DNA of 64,000 nt, from positions 162,566,001 to 162,630,000 of the forward strand of contig CM059425.1 in the NCBI GenBank assembly GCA_030390025.1, in the 5' to 3' direction. Below, one piece after another: positions 25,300-38,253 of the stretch. A model generated the notes under the pieces. The model ran no database searches, had not been told where the DNA came from, and worked only from the letters and a program-made list of their open reading frames with translations. The translations under genes were made by a program, and so were the position numbers. Each line of letters opens with the position of its first letter. The stretch's first letter is position 1. This DNA is from Squalus acanthias (taxonomy: Eukaryota).

Positions 25300-27250
25300 T
25301 GAAGTGAGGTGGCTCTTGGGATACAGGTGGCTCCTCATCTACTTGTGATGGTCATCAGATTGCCCTGCAATTGCTGGTGCCACATTTGATGCCGTGGTTG
25401 CTGCCTAGACCTGCTGCACTTCTGCCTCAGCCTGGGTCATTTAAGTGGGGCAGCTGGTTGGAATAAATGTTGTGTCGCCGCAAGAGACAACTCGCTCGTA
25501 CATGCCAACTCTTGCCATGCCCCTGCAATCCCTCAACATGTCCTATGATCTGCGTGGGAGCAGCTCACAAGACTGTAATGAGGCTAAAACCCCACATGAG
25601 AATACTGCCTTGTTGATTCCCCAGTATGGTGAATCCAGAAAGATTAGACATAGACATTACAACCCAAGGTCTCTATAGCCTCAGAACATTCTGAGGAGAA
25701 CAGGTCCTCTGTTAAAGGGAGCTCTGCAGATGTGGCTAATGCTCTCTTCCACAGTAGCCAATATATCTTGCAGGGTTCTTTGCACACTCTCAAATAACTG
25801 CATGAACTGATAGTGCCCAGGAAGCAGCAATTTCTATATGCAGACGCAGGATGGCACCAATTCTGCACCTTGGCAAACGAGGGTGTCCTTGAGCTGACTC
25901 TTTAATCAGCAAGTTCCTACTCCTCCGCATTCACCTTCATTTCCCCATTTCTTACTTGTGCTGTGTGTTTCACCTGTTCCTCAATTTCAAAATCTAAAGT
26001 ATCCCAGAGTGGATGTACTGGTGCTGGTGAAATGTTAGGTAAAATTAGTGCCTTTGACTGTTGTGAATGGTAGGCTCAGCAGTCTCAGGGACTTTGTCTG
26101 GTGAATCCTTGGAGATACCTACGGACACACAAGAGGAACAAGTATTATAATGTTGTCAGCAACATATTCTTAACAAATGTGACTTGCTAATACATGGCCT
26201 GCTATGATTGTATGGTGCATGACATGTTTTTGAATGGCAGAGTGCTGTGTTAATGATTAAAGGGAGGCAGAATATGCAGGAATGATGGGTACTATCTTGG
26301 AGCTGTGCGACACTGTCCCACATGACCCTCTCCAATTAGCTCAAACTCTCTGGGCCACTATCTGGAGGGTAATTTCCTTAAGGCTTGAAGAGCAAGTGGC
26401 CGCCCTACCTCCCAAACTACAGTTGAGTCAATGATCATGTTGTTGGAAGCTATGTCATTGGGCCTACATTTTCTGATAAATGAACCACATCACTTCTGAG
26501 CAGCAGGAAGGTATTCCATGAATATGGGCTGGCTTGTGATTGTGTGAAAGAGGCTAAAGGGTTCACAAATGATATTAATGCATCTAGTCAAAGTGCAGAT
26601 GATAAGGGTGAAAGTATTCATAGTAGACATGCCATACACTGTTACAGTTAAGCAGGATATACTAATCTTGGTAAACTTCTTCAAAGTAGAATTTATTTTC
26701 CTCATTTGTGTAGCTGACTTCAGCACATAAAACACCATTCACCCGCTCCATTACCTCCTTCCAGGCTGACTGGACAGCAGACTTTTGAGAGGGTATTTCT
26801 CTGCCCCAAAGAGGGCAACCCTGCTTTTCTACAATGCCTCAATGTGACCGCCAAGGTTCTTTCGGTAAAGGAGGCACTCCTGCCTCTTCTATGGGTCCTT
26901 GAACTGTCCTCAGCCATCTCTTGCAATCCAGTGAATGGAATTTCTGTAGCAAATGTCAAGACATCAAAATGTGTAAGTGCTCCTTTAAGACACAGCAGCA
27001 GCTCTTTAAATCTGCTGGTGCATGGAATATCCTGTCCCCACGTCTTGCATGCTTCCTGTGCTGGACCCAATCCACAAGCTTGCACAAGGTCCATGAATGC
27101 TCGTGGCATGCAATATATGCGTGTGACCTGCTAGTCCTGGCACCACTGCAACCAGAAAATTGTTTCTCCATGCTTTTCACTTGTGTGAAAACCCTGCATA
27201 ACTTCCTCGTGTCTGCAGCAGGAATAAGTTATAGGCCCTTCCATTTCTAA
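25300..27250 (-). pseudogene. Old, degenerate Harbinger Myb-like gene relic
   Basis: MAEDSSRTHRRGRSASFTERTL resembles the Myb N-terminus (RA.RF.E.SL). Splice-like sites near 26119. Boundaries approximate. Confidence 0.35.
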
Positions 27251-27278
27251 AAGAAAAAACAGGGATGCAAAATCTATT

Positions 27279-27411
27279 GGGGTAAATTTTCAGCTTCACT
27301 GCCTGAGTGGTAATACGGCAGAGCAAATAGGTGTAGAACCCGCCCGATTTTCATTTCATTGATCTGCTCCACCAAATTACTGCCGAGGCAGTGAAGGTGA
27401 AAATTTAGCCC
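27279..27411. mobile_element. Short palindromic Harbinger-type MITE
   Basis: About 36-bp imperfect inverted arms: GGGGTAAATTTTCAGCTTCACTGCCT versus GGGCTAAATTTTCACCTTCACTGCCT. ATT TSD. Confidence 0.8.
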
Positions 27412-28571
27412 ATTGTCTTTTGGTCAATCATTGATAGATGAAAGACAGAGATATAGATACCTGCATAATTACAGATGTATATATATAAAAATATACAAAA
27501 CCAGTATCATATGAATTCACTACATGTAGCACGATTGTTGTTACATTTTAGACCAATAACGACACAATAAATCAGATTATATTCTAATAAATAAATAGAA
27601 CATCTTGCTCTGACAGTATGCCCTCTTGTTTACCCACTCTGTACATGAGAGTCTCTTATTCTATTCTGTATAATTTAAGAGATGAACGACCTGACCTTTT
27701 CGAATGAGATGAAGTCATTACAGGCTTTTTTCTACCATTTTAAGCAGCACAAATTGCACTCGGCTAAGTTTTACATAAATGATGTCAGCTTGTACTTAAA
27801 GAAAGAGAGGATAACTAGATTGACATTACATTTTTTCCAACAACACCTACAATACTATAAATGTCTTTCTATAATTTTTCCCTCTGCTTGGGATTTTATT
27901 TTTACCAGATCTGTTTCAGCGACAACTCCATGCATTAACTATTAGAAATGATTTATTAGAAATGTCTGCAGAATAATGGTACAACTGTAAAATCTGTCTT
28001 GAAAATAATTTTTAAAATACTTATAGTGACAAGGTGGCACAATGTATTGATGCTCAATGGACCATACCACAGCATGGCCAATATGAGCTCAGGTCTGGCA
28101 ACTCTCCACTAAGGCATGTTCCCAATTTGACCTCTGCAGTCAGCATACTGCTAGACTTTTCCTCCACACACAGGGAGGGAAGATCAAAAACCCCAAGCTA
28201 CTCTCACGCATCTTCTCATAGCCTGTTTAAGAACAGCACTGGGAGCAGGGCAATTCTGCCCCTTGGCTTCTGGGATAGTGCATGAAAGGGAGAAAGGAGA
28301 AGACAAATAAACATTTTAAAAATAATTTTTCATTAACATATATATTTTCTGAAATAATTTTTATTTGACATATAGGTTTAATTATTTGGAAAGCAAATTT
28401 GGAACTACAGTCCTATCACTTTGGTGTAACTATAAGCTATACTAGAGAATTCACATTTTTCCTTAGTTGTTACTGATTTTAGCTGTTGTTAAAGGCTGTA
28501 TAGTTGGGACAGGAAACTATTATCTGTGCATTTGCACAGAGAAATCAGGAACTCACTGTGCTCATACTCAC

Positions 28572-28674
28572 AAAGTGAAGACTTTGTTCCATTCAGGGTT
28601 GAGACTCCTATGGACAGTATGTGTCTGCAGTCTGTCGTTGCTCAGTTCAATCACACAAAATGGGTCACTGCTCC
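28572..28674 (-). CDS. MCTP1: MCTP1 coding exon: (G)[33 protein letters not shown](F)
   Basis: Acceptor ctttAG, donor GTGAGT, 103 bp, phase 1 to 2, in frame with both neighbouring exons. Contains the C2 motifs SDPF and LNPEWN. Confidence 0.95.
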
Positions 28675-29109
28675 CTAAAGAAAAGCCATTTTTAAATATA
28701 ACATTTTTCATAACTTGGGAATTACAAGCTAAGAAGTGACAATTACTTGCACTGATGGGAATTCAAAAACTGGATCAGATTTTTAGTTGTGTAACTGAAA
28801 CATGGAGTGACACTTAATCTGGGTTACTGGTTCTCCCCCTATCCCTGACCTCTCCTGTTACAGTCCACTTTTATCATCATGCATCCTCTTGTACCAGGAG
28901 GGTCGGACAGTTAGAATTGCAGACTTCACTTTGCCAATGCCATTCCAAAATCATCTGATGGGTTGTATAATTTAACTGAGGTAAACTGTGCAACATCAGA
29001 TAATTTTATCCCTCCATTCCATAAAGTGGAATGCCACACTTCGTTATGCTCTACCATCTCATGACCTAGCTGAGAATTGACAGGTACTAGCCTGCACTAG
29101 ACTGATTGG

Positions 29110-29697
29110 CGTAGAAGTTATGCTACAATAATATAGAACTCTGGTTAGACTGCAGCTGGAGCACTGAGTTCAGTTCTAGGGACTGCACCTGAAGAAGGAT
29201 ACTTTGGCCCTGGAGCGGGTGCAGCGCAGATGAACCAGAATGATACTGGGGCCTAGATGTTTAAATTCTGAGGACAGGTTGCATAGACAAGGCTTGTATT
29301 TCCTTGAGTATAGATGATTAAGGGGCGATCTAATTGAGGTGTATAAGATGATTAAAGGATATGATAGGGTAGATAGAAATAAACTATTTCCTCTGATGGG
29401 GGAGACCAGAACAAGGGAGTATAACCTTAAAATTAGAGCTAGGCTGTTCAGGGGTGATGTCAGGAAGCACTTCCTCACACAAAGGGTAGTGGAAATCTGG
29501 AATTCTCTCCCCAAAAAGCTGTTAAGGCTAGGTCAATTGAAAATTTCAGAACTGAGATTGATAGATTTTTGTTAGGTAAGGATATTAAAGGATATTGAAC
29601 CAAGGTGGGCAAATGGAATTAAGATGAAGATCAGCCACAATGTAATTGAATGGCGAAGCAGGCTCAAGGGGCTGAATGGCCTACTCTTGTTCCTATT
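29110..29697 (+). mobile_element. CR1 3' fragment
   Basis: ORF 29339 (LFRGDVRKHFLTQRVVEIWNSLP) plus CR1 3' UTR. Confidence 0.85.
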
Positions 29698-32600
29698 AGT
29701 TGACAGACAGTCCTGTGACTCAACCGCATGACCTCTGATTTTGATGGATTGTGGTGCTAGCTCAAATTATTCATAAGAAAACTCCACAGCTGAAGAAAGC
29801 AGCAATTTGAAGTTGTACCTGGATTTTCTTTCCATTATAAAAAGGTTTAAGTGACAGATTTTAATCTTGGTGTTAAATGACGTTCCATGCCATATTATTA
29901 AACTTGATGTTAAATACAGTTCATGCTGTGCTAGCTCCTATTAGCTCATGGGAAGCATCCTCCACTGCTGATGTGATCCTTTAATAAATTAGCTGACACA
30001 CATTATGAGAGTTCAATAAAATCAACATGGCCTGCATATCTGTTCTCATTTCAACATATTGGTGCTTTTTTGGTCCATTCGATAGCACTATCCATGCAAC
30101 TATCCTACAATGATATCTGGGCTTCCTCACTAGCATTGCTACTTTTAGTCCCCCTGAAGAAGATGAAATAACACATTGGCTACCAGATTCACTGATGACT
30201 AGGGATATTTCTAGATTTCTGTGGTAATTAACCTGACCATGTGGGGACGGAAAACAAATTTAACAGTTAGGCCCCAGTGACAAAAACACACATCTCAATG
30301 GAGTCTGCCACATTACTAGGATGTCTGAGATAACTGCAACCCCTTTGATCATATAAATCAAAGAAGCCTTTCATACGGCTGTAGAATACTGCACAACTAT
30401 TCAGGCCATTTAACTGACATCAGACAAAATGTGTTAATTAAGTTAAAAAGATATAGAAACAAAGATGTACTTAAAACCAGTTGCCCAAATATGCTTGTGA
30501 AAAACAGACACCAAAATACTCGACTAGAAAAAGAAATGAGAGGCAATTGTGCAGGTTCATGGGAAGTGAATGCTCAGTACATGCACTGAAATATCAGTGG
30601 TACTACATGTGTGCTGAAAGCTTTTATTATTAAGCTATTATTAAGCAGACAATTGTCTTTGAAATTCATTCCCAATATTTTCCTCAAGGACGTTCCTGAC
30701 TAGTGAGTCATTTTATAAACACAAAAGGGGATCTCAATTAAACCATATAAATGTGTGGAAAAAATTACGATTTATACTTGTGGTTTTCTCAGGCAGTCTT
30801 TCCCAATGAAGTGATGTTACAAACACAATTTGTGAAGCTCTTTCTGTTTATGGCCCTTTAGGTTACTTTTATATTTAAATATAAAATTATGAAGCAAAGC
30901 TCAAGTGACTACTCTGGAATCATCATGGTCTCTCTCCTATAATGAAGAGAGGCTAGTCATAAATACCTCCATTATTATTAGACATTTTACATAAACCGTA
31001 ATGTATTTTTTAAAATATAAATGTCTTTTCAGTTTCAGATAAGTTTATTTTCTGGTGTCTTTACAACAGCCAATCAGAATGCACACAAAGCATCAGGTCT
31101 CTCTTGTGGTGCTCTCTGCATAATATTCTACATGTTCAGCTAGATCAGACCATTGCCCTGATTGGCTGATGTGACCTGTTATTTCTTCTCTCTCTGTCTC
31201 AGGCCAAAACCATGCTGCCCTCTTTAGGCCAGAACTTCACAGAACTATTAAAAATGCAACGTCAGATAATGCAGTTCCAAAAGTCCATATGGAATGATGA
31301 CAAAGTAGAGTGAGGAAAGCACAACCAAAAGCCCTGACATATTGTCCAATGGGCATTCCGACAGGAATTTTCTGTATCCAACACACTAGGCTTATAAGAA
31401 AAATATGTTGTGAAATAAGCATCCTAAGTAATTAATTCACCACCTTAAAATTCATGTTCTGTAGACTGGCTTTAAAGGTCACTGTTGTGTCTAAATATGT
31501 TGGTAACTAGTGTATATTGCAATAACTGGACTAAAGGTTACTTAAAATTTAACATTAATTATTAGGTTATCTGAACTTTATGGCATGTTCAAATTATACA
31601 GTACTGAGATTGAAGCTCTCTAAGGGCTAAAGCAGAATCTCTTCATTCTGTTCCTAAGTATAAAAAGATTAGTATTCTTAGTTTTTTTTTGAATGATTGC
31701 ATTATTTTCCCGGTTTTGTCAGATTAAAAAGAAATTGATTTCTATGCTAAATAATACAAAATGCAGGTACATTTTTATGAAAGAGAACTTTGTGTTAAAT
31801 ATAATTAAGTTCTACATTACATATGGTGGTGTTATGTGCCCAAGGCAGTATTTTCTAGACTGCCTCAATCAGTATGATTGAATTTTGTAAACTTTAAATT
31901 ACATGTATATGGGGATAATAGTTAGTGGGCAGTGGTAAGGCTGCAATTTTTAAAAATGCAGTTCTAATGATTCCATAAGCACTAAGAGTGATGATCAAAT
32001 GCTTTACAAGTATCAGCATATTCCCAAGATGCAATTTATTGTGGCACTAGAAGGATGATTACACGGTAAAAAAATATCTACATATTAGTAAACAAAAGTT
32101 TGTTTCCACTTTTCTCACTGTACAGCAAATTAGCCCCTTGATTAGAAATGTTATTACATTAAAGGTGCTATATAAGTGCAACTTCTTGAGAGTTTTTTCG
32201 AACAATTATAGCCAGAAATGACTGTTGCCGACATTAGCAGATGAAAACTTAACGCATTTGTGTGACATTCCTTTTGTCCACTGTTTCAAGCAGCTGTTAA
32301 TCCAATTATTTTAATTGGGTTAATGTTTCTGCTAAAATAGTAGACATACAAATGCAATCAGTTAAAAGTTTGTCAGTTACTATCACCAATTTCTAGGCTT
32401 ATAAGAAAAATCTATTTTTGAGATAGTATTAAACACATTTCTCATTGCTTGTTTCTGAAAAATTTACAGCTTTTTGATAATCTGCATGTGTGTTATTGCC
32501 TTTTATGTTCAAATGCTGCCAAGCTTTTGAACTGAAACTGAAAGAGATGACAGAATACAGGCATTCAGAACTGAATGTCCAGAACATATACTAACTGTGG

Positions 32601-33274
32601 AATTTCCTGTTAATCAACAGCTAACTGCTTCTCAATAAATTTGTAGTAGCAATGCCATGGACACCAACTCTTGAGTCTGCACATCATAAATTACCAATGT
32701 AATGCAAATAGTTGATCAACCCTGGTATTGACAGCTGCTGCAGGTTGAAAGCGGGACAAGAAGTTGAATAAAAACATTCTATAATATTAATATTATACTT
32801 GTCAATCTTTCTTGGTATTGCATACAGGGAGTCGAGATAGAAGGAATAATTTTAACTTTTGGTGATGCTAGAAAATATTAGGTTTTCTCTTTCTTGAATC
32901 CAAAGTGGATGACCTCACATTTCCTCACATTGAACTCCATCTGCCAGAGTTTTGGCCACTCACTTAATCAGATAAACAGCCATGCATTGGCCGGGAAAAA
33001 AACCCGAGCCGAGGCAGGCGAGGATTCTATCACTGAGAAGCTTAAAAGTCATGGTCGTGACTTTTGAACAGCTGTGCAGGAAAAAGGTTGTGCATGCATA
33101 GTTGTCCCAATATTCTGAAATCCACTCCACACTGCAAGAACTACAGAATATGAGATGCTTTAATACACTACAGAACAGCTCCATTAACATGACAGAAAAT
33201 GTGTCTCAGAGTTATACTGAAACTGCCTACAAAATGATAGAACATTAAAAAACTTTACTCAAGTTATATTTTTT

Positions 33275-34178
33275 ATATTCATTCTCAAGATGTGGGTGTC
33301 GCTGGCAAGGCCAGCATTTATTGCCCATCCCTCGTTGCCCAGGTTTTATACAACTGAGTGGCTTGCCAAGTCATCCGAGAGGGGAGTTTGGAGTCAACCA
33401 CGTTGTGTGGGACTGGAATCACATATAGGCCAGACCAGGTGAGGACGACAGGCTTCCTTCCCTAAAGCACATTGGAGAATAGTTTTGGTCCCCTTATCTG
33501 AGAAAGGACATACACGCCTTAGAGGCGGTGCAACAAATGTTCACTAGATTGATCCCTGGGATGAGAGGTTTGTCTTATGAGGAGAGATTGAGTAGATTGG
33601 GCCTATACTCTCTGCAGTTTAGAAGAATGAGAGGTAATCTCATTGAAACATACAAGATTCTGAGGGGGAATGACAGGATAGCTGCTGAGAGGTTGTTTCC
33701 CCTGGCTGGGGAGTCTAGAACTAGAAGTAACAGTATCAGAATAAGGGGTCGGCCATTTAAGACTGAGATGAGGAGGAATTTCTTCACTCAGAGGGTTGTG
33801 AATCCCTGGAATTCTCCCCCTGAAAGGGCTGTGGATGCTGAGCCATTGAGTATATTCAATGCTGAGATAGATAGATTTTTGGATTCTAGGGGAATCAAGG
33901 GATATGGGAATTGGGCAGGAAAGTGGAGTTGAGGTCGAAGATCAGTCATGATCTTATTGAATGGCGGAGCAGGCTTGAAGTGAACCAGTTGGGTTTTTAC
34001 AACAATCCGACTGCTTCATGGTCACTCTTACTGATACCAGTTTTTTTATTTCCAGTTTTTTTTTTACACTGAATTCAAATTCTCAAAGTTCCATCATGTG
34101 ATTTTAAATCATGTTCTCTGGATTATTAGTCCATGCCTCTGGATTACTTGTCCAGTAACAACTACTATGCTATCATAC
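33275..34178 (-). mobile_element. tRNA-like SINE sharing both ends with the 17160-20592 LINE, split by a CR1
   Basis: 33280-33340 matches the LINE 3' end at 17165-17228. 33345-33473 plus 33979-34110 matches the LINE 5' end at 20333-20590. Confidence 0.75.
33474..33978 (+). mobile_element. CR1 3' fragment inserted into the SINE
   Basis: ORF 33528..33932 is the CR1 RT C-terminus, followed by the 3' UTR. Confidence 0.9.
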
Positions 34179-34753
34179 CCATTGTTATTATTCATCAATA
34201 CTAAAAAAAATTGCAGTTTGAAAATATTTATCAACTTGCAAATATCTGTAGTTTTACATTTTCTTTGTTTAAATATACAGAAGTCTTATTCAATAAACGG
34301 GACAATATAAAATGCTATGGGAATATACAGGCTTAAGGAAGATAACACCCCTCTCTGTTAATTGTATTGGTAAACCCAGCCTTTTAAACTGACTCAAAGC
34401 TCTGAGCTCTTTATTAAAAAATGCTATTCTGTAGCCCATAACCCTGTTCCTTGACACCTCTCTAGTTTCCAATTTAAACAAGTCCCCATGCGCCCTACTC
34501 TAAAGGGCTTTGTCTCCCTGTCATTGTGAAGAGAGGCGAAGCAGCCTAGAAGTGTGAAATCAGACCTCATGAGCTGAACTGTTCCCCAGGGAACTTTGGA
34601 CTGCTCAGAAGGTCAAAGTCATGGGCTGGACCAGCTGAAAATGTCTGAGCACTGGTCTGTGACACAGCAGGGGAGTTAGAATTGAACACATCTTAATTAA
34701 GGCCTACAGACAGCCAAACAGGCTGTTTTCCAGACCAACTGCCAACCTTAACT

Positions 34754-34951
34754 GGGTCAAATTTAGCAGCACTACTAATGGCTCTAATGGTAAGTTTTGC
34801 ATCACTGTTCATCACACTTCTGCTGACGCGCATCTCAGAGTATCTGATTAATGGTGATAAGCCTTCAACATGCAGAGGCCCCTGCCTCAAAACATGTCGG
34901 TTAAGCCACAGGATGAATGGCCCCTGACTAATTTATATAAAATTTCAACCC
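34754..34951. mobile_element. Harbinger-type MITE
   Basis: Ends GGGTCAAATTT / AAATTTCAACCC. ACT TSD. Confidence 0.55.
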
Positions 34952-35995
34952 ACTCTTTGCCTTTTTTGTTGAATGATGCTGCAGTTATACTTAATCAATA
35001 TGTGGGAGTTGTTAAATGAGGTATTAACAACAACACTTAATCCCTTTTTTCTCGTTAATAACCTCCAGCAATTGAAATGCAATGTCCAACACTGAGCCAT
35101 TCATAAAAGAAAAAAATATAGTCCCCACTCAACATTTTATGAGGAGCTTAATTGAGGTGAAACACTGTGGTGGCATTCAGCTAAACAAGGCAACGAGTCA
35201 TTGTGTAAAAGAAAAGAATTCACAGTTTCACCAAAAGTGATTTGTTCTCTTAACCCTCTCATTCAGAAAAGAACCCACAGCGTTCCTAATTGCTTTTTAA
35301 TTTGAAAGGGTTAATGTACTATTCAAATGTTTCTAAATGACTCTTTACAGCTCCAGAAAACAGTCATTGAAAAGCAAGAAAGAAAAATCTTTTGTAATCA
35401 TTAAAAGATTTATGGCATTCTAGCATGTAGGCAATTTTCTCTGAGGTATGATAGGTTTATATCAATGGACTCTGATACATCACAATACCCATTTTTTGAC
35501 ACAAATCAGCAATATGATGACTAATTTTAAACCGCCTAAACTTGTGGACATCAGCTAAAGCTTGTAATTTACAAATGTCTATTTACATATTTTAGTATTA
35601 ATATTTTAACCACATAGCAATATTTTCGATAAAATTATTTGGTGTTATATTGAAGGGTTGCAGTTTTCTTCCATTAACAAAAAAAAAAGATGGCATAAAA
35701 GTGTCCCCAAATTCCATTAAAATCATATATGTTATGTTGTTTAATTAAACACATACAGAGGTGATACAAACAGAATGCTAGTACTTCATAAAGGACTGTG
35801 TGACATGGTTTCTATTCCATCAGCAGCAAATGTTTTCCTCTCTTTATCTAAAGGCACTTGCTCGGATATGGTTGCATGGGTGGCAGCCACATACCAATAT
35901 CTCACCCAAGTGGCCATTTCGCATGTTTAAGCTTAAAGGTTGAATGTTGGCAGGTTACTCAACTATGGGGATATCACAGCTAGCCCAATCCTATC

Positions 35996-37675
35996 ATCAC
36001 GGCTTGCATGTCGTCGTGAAGCAGGCGGAGGATGGTGACAAACTTTTGAGGGCAGCCGAATTTGAGGAGGACACTCCATAATCCCTCACGGTTGACAGTG
36101 TCGAAGGCCTTTGTGAGATCAAAGAAGGCCATGTACAGCGGTTGGTGCTGTTCCCTGCATTTCTCTTGTAATTGACGTGCGGTAAAGATCATGCCCATTG
36201 TGCCCTTTCATGGGCAGAATCCGCATTGCGACTCTAGGAGGAGCTCTTCGGCCACTGGGAGAAGGCGATTGAGGAGGATTCTTGCGATGACTTTCCCTGT
36301 GGCAGACAGCAGGGAAACACCTCTGTAATTACCGCAATCGGACTTGTCACCTTTCTTGAAGATGGTCACAATTACGGCGTCTCTGAGATCCCCTGGCCTG
36401 CTCTCCTCCTTCCAGATAAGAGAAATGAGTTCATGAATTCGCGCCGTGATCCTGACCAACAGATCCACCACAGACCCAATTCACGTACGAACCGAGGTCA
36501 AGCAAGGCTGCGTCATCGCACCAACGCTCTTCTCGATCTTCCTGGCTGCAATGCTCCATCTCACCCTCAGTAAGCTCCCCACTGGAGTGGAGCTAATTTA
36601 CAGAACAAACGGGAAACTGTTCAACCATCCGACGCCTCCAGTCCAGATCCAAGGTCGTCCCATCCTCTGTCGTCGAATTACAGTATGCAGATGATGCTTG
36701 CGTCTGCGCTCACTCAGAGGTTGAACTCCAAACCATCGTTAACACCTTCACCGAAGCGTACGATAGCATGGGCCTTACACTAAACATCCGTAAGACAAAG
36801 GTCCGCTACCAACCTGCCCCCGCCACACAGTACTGCTCCCCAATTATCAAAATCCATGACAAGGCCTTGGACAACATGGACCACTTTCCATACCTCGGAA
36901 GCCTACTGTCAACAAGGGCAGATGTCGACGACGAAGTCCAACATCGCCTTCAGTGTGCCAGTGCAGCCTTCGGTCGCTTGAGGAAGAGAGTGTTTGAAGA
37001 CCAGGACCTCAAACCCGGCACTAAGCTCATGGTCTACAGAGCAGCAGTGATACCTGCCCTGCTGTATGCCTCAGAGACATGGACCATGTACAGCAGGCAC
37101 CTCAAAGTACTGGAGAGGTACCACCAACGCTGCCTCCGCAAGATCCTGCAAATCCATTGGCAGGATAGGCGCACCAACGTCAGTGTTCTTGCTCAGGCCA
37201 ACATCCCCAGCATCGAAGCTTTGACCACGCTCGATCAGCTCCGATGAATGGGCCACATCGTCCGCATGCCCGATACGAGACTCCCAAAACAAGCACTCTA
37301 CTCGGAGCTCCAACACGACAAGAGAGCCCCAGGTGGGCAGAGGAAATGCTTCAAGGACTCCCTCAAAGCCTCCTTGAAAAAGTGTAACATCCCCACCGAC
37401 ACCTGGGAATCCCTGGCCCAAGACCGAACAAAGTGGAGGAGAAGCATCCGGGAAGGCGCCGAACACCTCGAGTCTCTTCGCCGGGAGCAAGCGGAAGCCA
37501 AGCGCAAGGAGCACACATCAACCCAAGCACCCCACCCACCCGCCCCTTCAACCACCGTCTGCCCCACCTGTGACAGAGACTGTAGGTCCTGCATTGGACT
37601 CATCAGTCACCTGAGAACTCATTTTTAATGTGGAAGCAAGTCATCCTCGGTTCCAAGGGACTGCCTAAGAAGAAG
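35996..37675 (+). mobile_element. RTE-clade LINE with an inverted 5' segment (35996-~36442 on the minus strand)
   Basis: Motifs NYRGVSLLS, FFDLTKAFD, KQGCVIAPTLF and QYADD, C-terminal CPTC..H..H finger, (AAG)n tail, 13-bp TSD. Confidence 0.92.
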
Positions 37676-38253
37676 AATCTTATCATCAACGTTCACAAAC
37701 AAACATTTTTCAGCAAGCATGGGATAGTGAAAATGAGCAAGAAACCTGACTGATTTCCCCCCCCTGTCGGGAAACTGAAGAAGAAGAAGAAGCATTTATA
37801 TAGCGTCTTTCATGACCTCAGGACATCCCAAAGCACTTCACAGCCAATAAAATATTTTTGAAGTGTGGTCACTGTTGTAATGATGAAAATGCACAGCCAA
37901 TATATACACAGTACAATATGTACACAGTAACGTCCTAATAATGACCAGTTAATGGGGGCTAAATTCGATAGCCCCTGAAAACGGGCGCGGGGATCGCAAT
38001 GTGTGATTAACCCGCGCCCATTCAATGCAATGCAGGCAGCACACCAACTTTTGCATGATTTCTGCACGCATGATTTCTGTTGATTGGCCGCATGCATCAG
38101 CAGGGAGCTCAAAATCGTGAGAGGGTAGCACCAGTTAAAGCTAGCCTGCACTGCTTAAAGCCAGACTGCACCTCTTAAAGGGAGGTGCATTGTGGCTGGA
38201 GCAGATGCTGGAAGTCGTTCTACAACTGATTCTAACCTGGGAAACACTCAATA

